This document shows, piece by piece, positions 60,917-64,000 of a stretch of DNA of 64,000 nt. The notes under the pieces are model-generated. The model was not told where the DNA came from and did not search any database. It saw only the letters and a list, made by a program, of their open reading frames with translations. Source of the DNA: Candidatus Aminicenantes bacterium (GTDB lineage: Bacteria; Acidobacteriota; Aminicenantia; Aminicenantales; JAFGBC01); NCBI GenBank assembly GCA_963702005.1, contig OY969696.1, positions 2,208,001-2,272,000 of the forward strand, read 5' to 3'. How positions within the stretch are numbered: the first letter of the stretch is position 1; the number at the start of each line of letters is the position of its first letter. The position numbers were made by a program, and so were the translations under genes.

Positions 60917-62520
60917 TGGCCGCTCCCGTCGGGATCCTCGACGCCTTTCTCGCCCTTGCCGGCCTGTCCGTTGCGACCGGCCTGACCGCGCTCCTCCAGC
61001 GGCTGAGCGGCCGCGCCGGTTCGGACGGCCCGAGTCCCGCGAAGATCTTTCTCGGCCGGCTGGCCATGCCGATGTCGTTCCTGACCGTCGTCCTCCTCCT
61101 CAGGTTCGGCCCCTATCGTGAGGCGGTCAGCGCCGAGGCCCGGTTCGGGACCTATCTCGGGGCGGCTTTGGTTTTCTTCGCCGCGATTCTCTTTATTCAC
61201 TTCTGCGACGCCGTCGTCCTCGCCTGGTACGCCCGGAAAGGGCGGTCCTACCCGTTGCCGCGCGTCCTGCGCGGGTTTATCCTGGCCATCCTTTATATCG
61301 CGGTCTTCTTGTCCATCCTGAAAGGGGTCTTGGGGATCAACCTGACGCCCTTCCTGGCGACCTCGGCCGTCCTGACCATGATTCTCGGCCTCGCCCTTCA
61401 GGGCGTCCTGAGCAATATCCTGGCCGGGATGTCCCTTCATTTCACAAGGTCTTTTTCGCGGGGGGACTGGGTCAAGGTCGGCGACCAGGAGGGGATCGTG
61501 GTCGATACCAACTGGCGGGAAACGCGGCTCCTTGACCGACAATCCAACATCGTCGTTCTTCCCAACAACACGGTTGCCTCGGCGACGATCGTCAATTTCA
61601 GCCAGCCCGGCGCCAAGACGGCCCTCAGCCTTATGCTCAAGGTCAGCTTCCGGGCCCCGGCTGCCCTCGTCCAAGATTGTCTCCTGGCGGCGGCCCGCGA
61701 GGTCGACGGCGTCGTCGCCGAGCCCGCTCCCTTGGCCTACCTCCTAAGCTACGACGAGACGGGCGTTTCCTACCAGTTGAAGTTCTGGGTCGAGGATTAT
61801 GCCCGGAAGGATCCGATCACGACCGAAGTGGCCAAAAGAATCTGGTATAAGTTCCGGCGGCAGGGGATCGAGGTCCCGATCGCCCTGGACGACAAAGTCG
61901 CCGACGTCGTCCGCAACCTCCGCGCGGAGGACCGCCGTCAAAGCGATGAGGCGGACCGGCTTCGGAATTTCGCCGACCTGGTCCGCTCCTCCTTCCTGAG
62001 ACGGACCGAAGGGAGGGGCGCCGGCCGGCTCCTCGTCCCGGAGAGGGAGGTTCGGGAGCTGGCCGGACTCGTCCGGCGCAAGATTTACGGCCGGGGCGAG
62101 GTTTTATTCCGGCAGGGGGAAAGGGGAGAGAGCTGTTTCATCGTGGCCGAGGGCGGGATCCGCGGCGAGATCGAAACCGAGGAAAACGGGAAGCGCTACA
62201 AATCCGAATTCCGCGTTGAGCCGGGCGGCCTGTTCGGCGAGATGTCCCTCTTCACCGGGATGCCGCGTACGGCGTCCGGCGTTGTCGAAAAAGACACCGA
62301 GCTCATCGAGATCGGGGCCGAAGCCTTCGGCCGGCTCCTCAGCCGCAACCCTCGGCTCGCGGACGCGATTGCGGCCATAGTCAGCGAACGCAACCGCAAG
62401 AATCAGGAGACTCTAAGCAAGATCAAGGATCTCTCGGCCCAGGACATCGCGCGAAGCTGCAGCAAGAAGTCGATCCTGGAGCGGCTCAAGGGCCTCATCC
62501 GCCTGGTCAAACGATACTAA
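60916..62520 (+). CDS. MscS-family mechanosensitive channel with C-terminal cNMP-binding domain
   Basis: 'GLALQGVLSNILAG', 'GDWVKVG', 'LPN'; cNMP domain 'LFRQGE...FGEMSLFTGMPRTAS'. Confidence 0.92.
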   Translation: MAAPVGILDAFLALAGLSVATGLTALLQRLSGRAGSDGPSPAKIFLGRLAMPMSFLTVVLLLRFGPYREAVSAEARFGTYLGAALVFFAAILFIHFCDAVVLAWYARKGRSYPLPRVLRGFILAILYIAVFLSILKGVLGINLTPFLATSAVLTMILGLALQGVLSNILAGMSLHFTRSFSRGDWVKVGDQEGIVVDTNWRETRLLDRQSNIVVLPNNTVASATIVNFSQPGAKTALSLMLKVSFRAPAALVQDCLLAAAREVDGVVAEPAPLAYLLSYDETGVSYQLKFWVEDYARKDPITTEVAKRIWYKFRRQGIEVPIALDDKVADVVRNLRAEDRRQSDEADRLRNFADLVRSSFLRRTEGRGAGRLLVPEREVRELAGLVRRKIYGRGEVLFRQGERGESCFIVAEGGIRGEIETEENGKRYKSEFRVEPGGLFGEMSLFTGMPRTASGVVEKDTELIEIGAEAFGRLLSRNPRLADAIAAIVSERNRKNQETLSKIKDLSAQDIARSCSKKSILERLKGLIRLVKRY

Positions 62521-62541
62521 TAGGAGGGCTTTTTAAGAAAT

Positions 62542-62597
62542 AATTCTGGGGACACACGACTTAATTCGGAAGAATTAAGTCGTGTGTCCCCAGAATT
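62542..62597. repeat. Perfect 26-bp palindrome with 4-nt loop (REP-like or terminator)
   Basis: aattctggggacacacgacttaattc-GGAA-gaattaagtcgtgtgtccccagaatt. Confidence 0.85.
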
Positions 62598-62653
62598 TGA
62601 ATTATGGGTTTTTTTGCGTTATTATAAATTAAGTCCGGGAAATAGCGGCGAGT

Positions 62654-62731
62654 AGCCCTGTAGCTCAGTTTGGATAGAGCAAGGGATTCCTAATCCCTGT
62701 GTCGCCGGTTCGAGTCCGGCCAGGGCTACCA
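62654..62731 (+). tRNA. tRNA-Arg(CCT)
   Basis: AGCCCTG/CAGGGCT acceptor stem, anticodon loop TT-CCT-AA, GGTTCGAGTCC, encoded CCA. Confidence 0.95.
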
Positions 62732-62739
62732 TTTTCCTC

Positions 62740-63804
62740 ATGACAACAAGGGCAGGTCGCGGGATTTCAGCCGTTTCTCTCCTGGTTGCGGCATTCGGTT
62801 TAACCCTTCCGGCCTCTTCGCCCGCTCCGGAACGGACGGACCCTCGGCTGGCCGCGGTCAAGGACTTTTTCTACGTCCTCCAGATGGACAAAGTGAGCCT
62901 ATCCGCGCTGGCCAACACCCGGTTCGACCTCCTGGTTATGGATTACGCCCGCTTCGGGGATGAAGACAGCGAATTCACGCCGGCCCAGATCGCTTCGGTC
63001 AAGAAGGGCGGGACCTCGGGCTGCCCCAAGACCGTCCTGGCCTACATGAGCATCGGCGAAGCCGAAAACTACCGTTTCTACTGGAATGATTCCTGGAAGC
63101 CCGGCTCGCCCGCCTGGCTCGGCCCCGAGAACCCGGATTGGGAAGGGAACTTCAAGGTCCGCTACTGGATGGCTGGATGGCAGAGCTTGATCCTGGGGAC
63201 TTCCGGAGGCCCCAAAAAAAGTTACCTGGACCGGATCATAGACCAGGGTTTCGACGGCGTCTACCTGGACATCATCGACGCCTACCAGTACTGGTCGGAC
63301 GATGAAGGAGTGCGGGAGCGGACCCGAATCCAAGCCCGCCGGGACATGGCCGCGTTCGTAAAGCGGATCCGGTCCTACGCCCGGACCCGAAGGGGGAAAA
63401 AGGATTTTCTGGTCGTACCCCAAAACGCCGCCGATATCATTTGGGACGACAACGGCGTCCTCGATGCCGTCGGCAGCGATTATCTCACGTCCTGCGACGG
63501 AATCGGCCAGGAGGACCTCTGGTACAACGAAACGACCCCCCAGCCCGCGGACTCCGTCCGCTGGACTCTCAAGGCCCTGAAGACTTTCCGGTCCAAAGGG
63601 AAAAAGGTCCTGTCCATCGATTACATATGGGACCCGGCTCATGTTTTTGGCTCATCCAACGTCGTCCGTTTCAACGACTACTACGCCAAGGCACTGGCCC
63701 AGGCGTTCGTCCCCTATGCGGGGAACAAAAACAGGGCCCTCCGGGACATCGTCCTTGTCCGTGAAGAGAAGGGCTTTCTATACGCCCAGCCACGCGTCGA
63801 ATAG
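62740..63804 (+). CDS. Endo-alpha-1,4-polygalactosaminidase-like protein (GH114/GH166, TM1410/PelA-like)
   Basis: 'AYMSIGEAENYRFYW', 'ENPDWEGN', 'GFDGVYLD', 'PQNA', 'IGQED'. Confidence 0.85.
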   Translation: MTTRAGRGISAVSLLVAAFGLTLPASSPAPERTDPRLAAVKDFFYVLQMDKVSLSALANTRFDLLVMDYARFGDEDSEFTPAQIASVKKGGTSGCPKTVLAYMSIGEAENYRFYWNDSWKPGSPAWLGPENPDWEGNFKVRYWMAGWQSLILGTSGGPKKSYLDRIIDQGFDGVYLDIIDAYQYWSDDEGVRERTRIQARRDMAAFVKRIRSYARTRRGKKDFLVVPQNAADIIWDDNGVLDAVGSDYLTSCDGIGQEDLWYNETTPQPADSVRWTLKALKTFRSKGKKVLSIDYIWDPAHVFGSSNVVRFNDYYAKALAQAFVPYAGNKNRALRDIVLVREEKGFLYAQPRVE

Positions 63805-63868
63805 CCTCTTTAATTTTGCCCGGGATTGTGCTTAAATAGGTCCCTGACCGCGGCCAGAGGAGACCGGC

Positions 63869-64000
63869 ATGAAGAAAGAAATCAAGAAGCAAATCAAAGA
63901 AGACGAATTCGTATCCATCGTCACCCACATCGTCCGGTTCTTCAAGACCCATCATAAAACGTTGGCGGCCGCCCTGGCCGGCGTTCTAGCCGTCATTCTC
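63869..64000 (+). CDS. YfgM/TPR-like membrane protein (5' part, truncated by window)
   Basis: MKKEIKKQIKEDEFVS...TM helix; GAGGAG SD. Confidence 0.6.
   Translation, partial: MKKEIKKQIKEDEFVSIVTHIVRFFKTHHKTLAAALAGVLAVIL

Overview
GC-rich bacterial chromosome segment. The gene content (TolB-repeat Ser/Thr kinase, REC-TonB fusion, SecF with an insertion) suggests an Acidobacteriota/Aminicenantes-like organism; this is inference only. Most of the window is housekeeping: phoH-HD-ybeY-CBS-era, hypCDE, uppS-cdsA-dxr-rseP-ispG-larE, tonB-exbB-exbD, ychF-tgt-yajC-secD-secF, lepB, recD2, tRNA-His(GTG) and tRNA-Arg(CCT). It also has glycoside hydrolases and a sat/cysC/nucleotide-sugar cluster. Four items stand out. 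(1) A ~10 kb accessory region (6802-16850) downstream of tRNA-His is cut into small gene cassettes by four tRNA 3'-end fragments: His twice, Arg(CCG)-like, and an apparent Arg/Gln chimera joined in the T-loop. It carries two homologous ~125-bp arms with tandem TGTCACA repeats, a tyrosine-integrase remnant, one full IS3 and one IS3 stub. (2) A five-gene operon appears to encode a complete cyclic-nucleotide circuit: SH3 protein, M48 peptidase, CHASE2 adenylate cyclase, MBL-fold hydrolase and cNMP-binding MscS channel. (3) An unannotated ~238-nt highly structured RNA candidate lies upstream of a divergent ychF. (4) The sulfate-activation operon has no recognisable sulfotransferase but encodes an AlkP-family enzyme and a small RHH-like protein ending in 'ERLKALGY'. 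All calls come from reading motifs by eye; no database searches were run.
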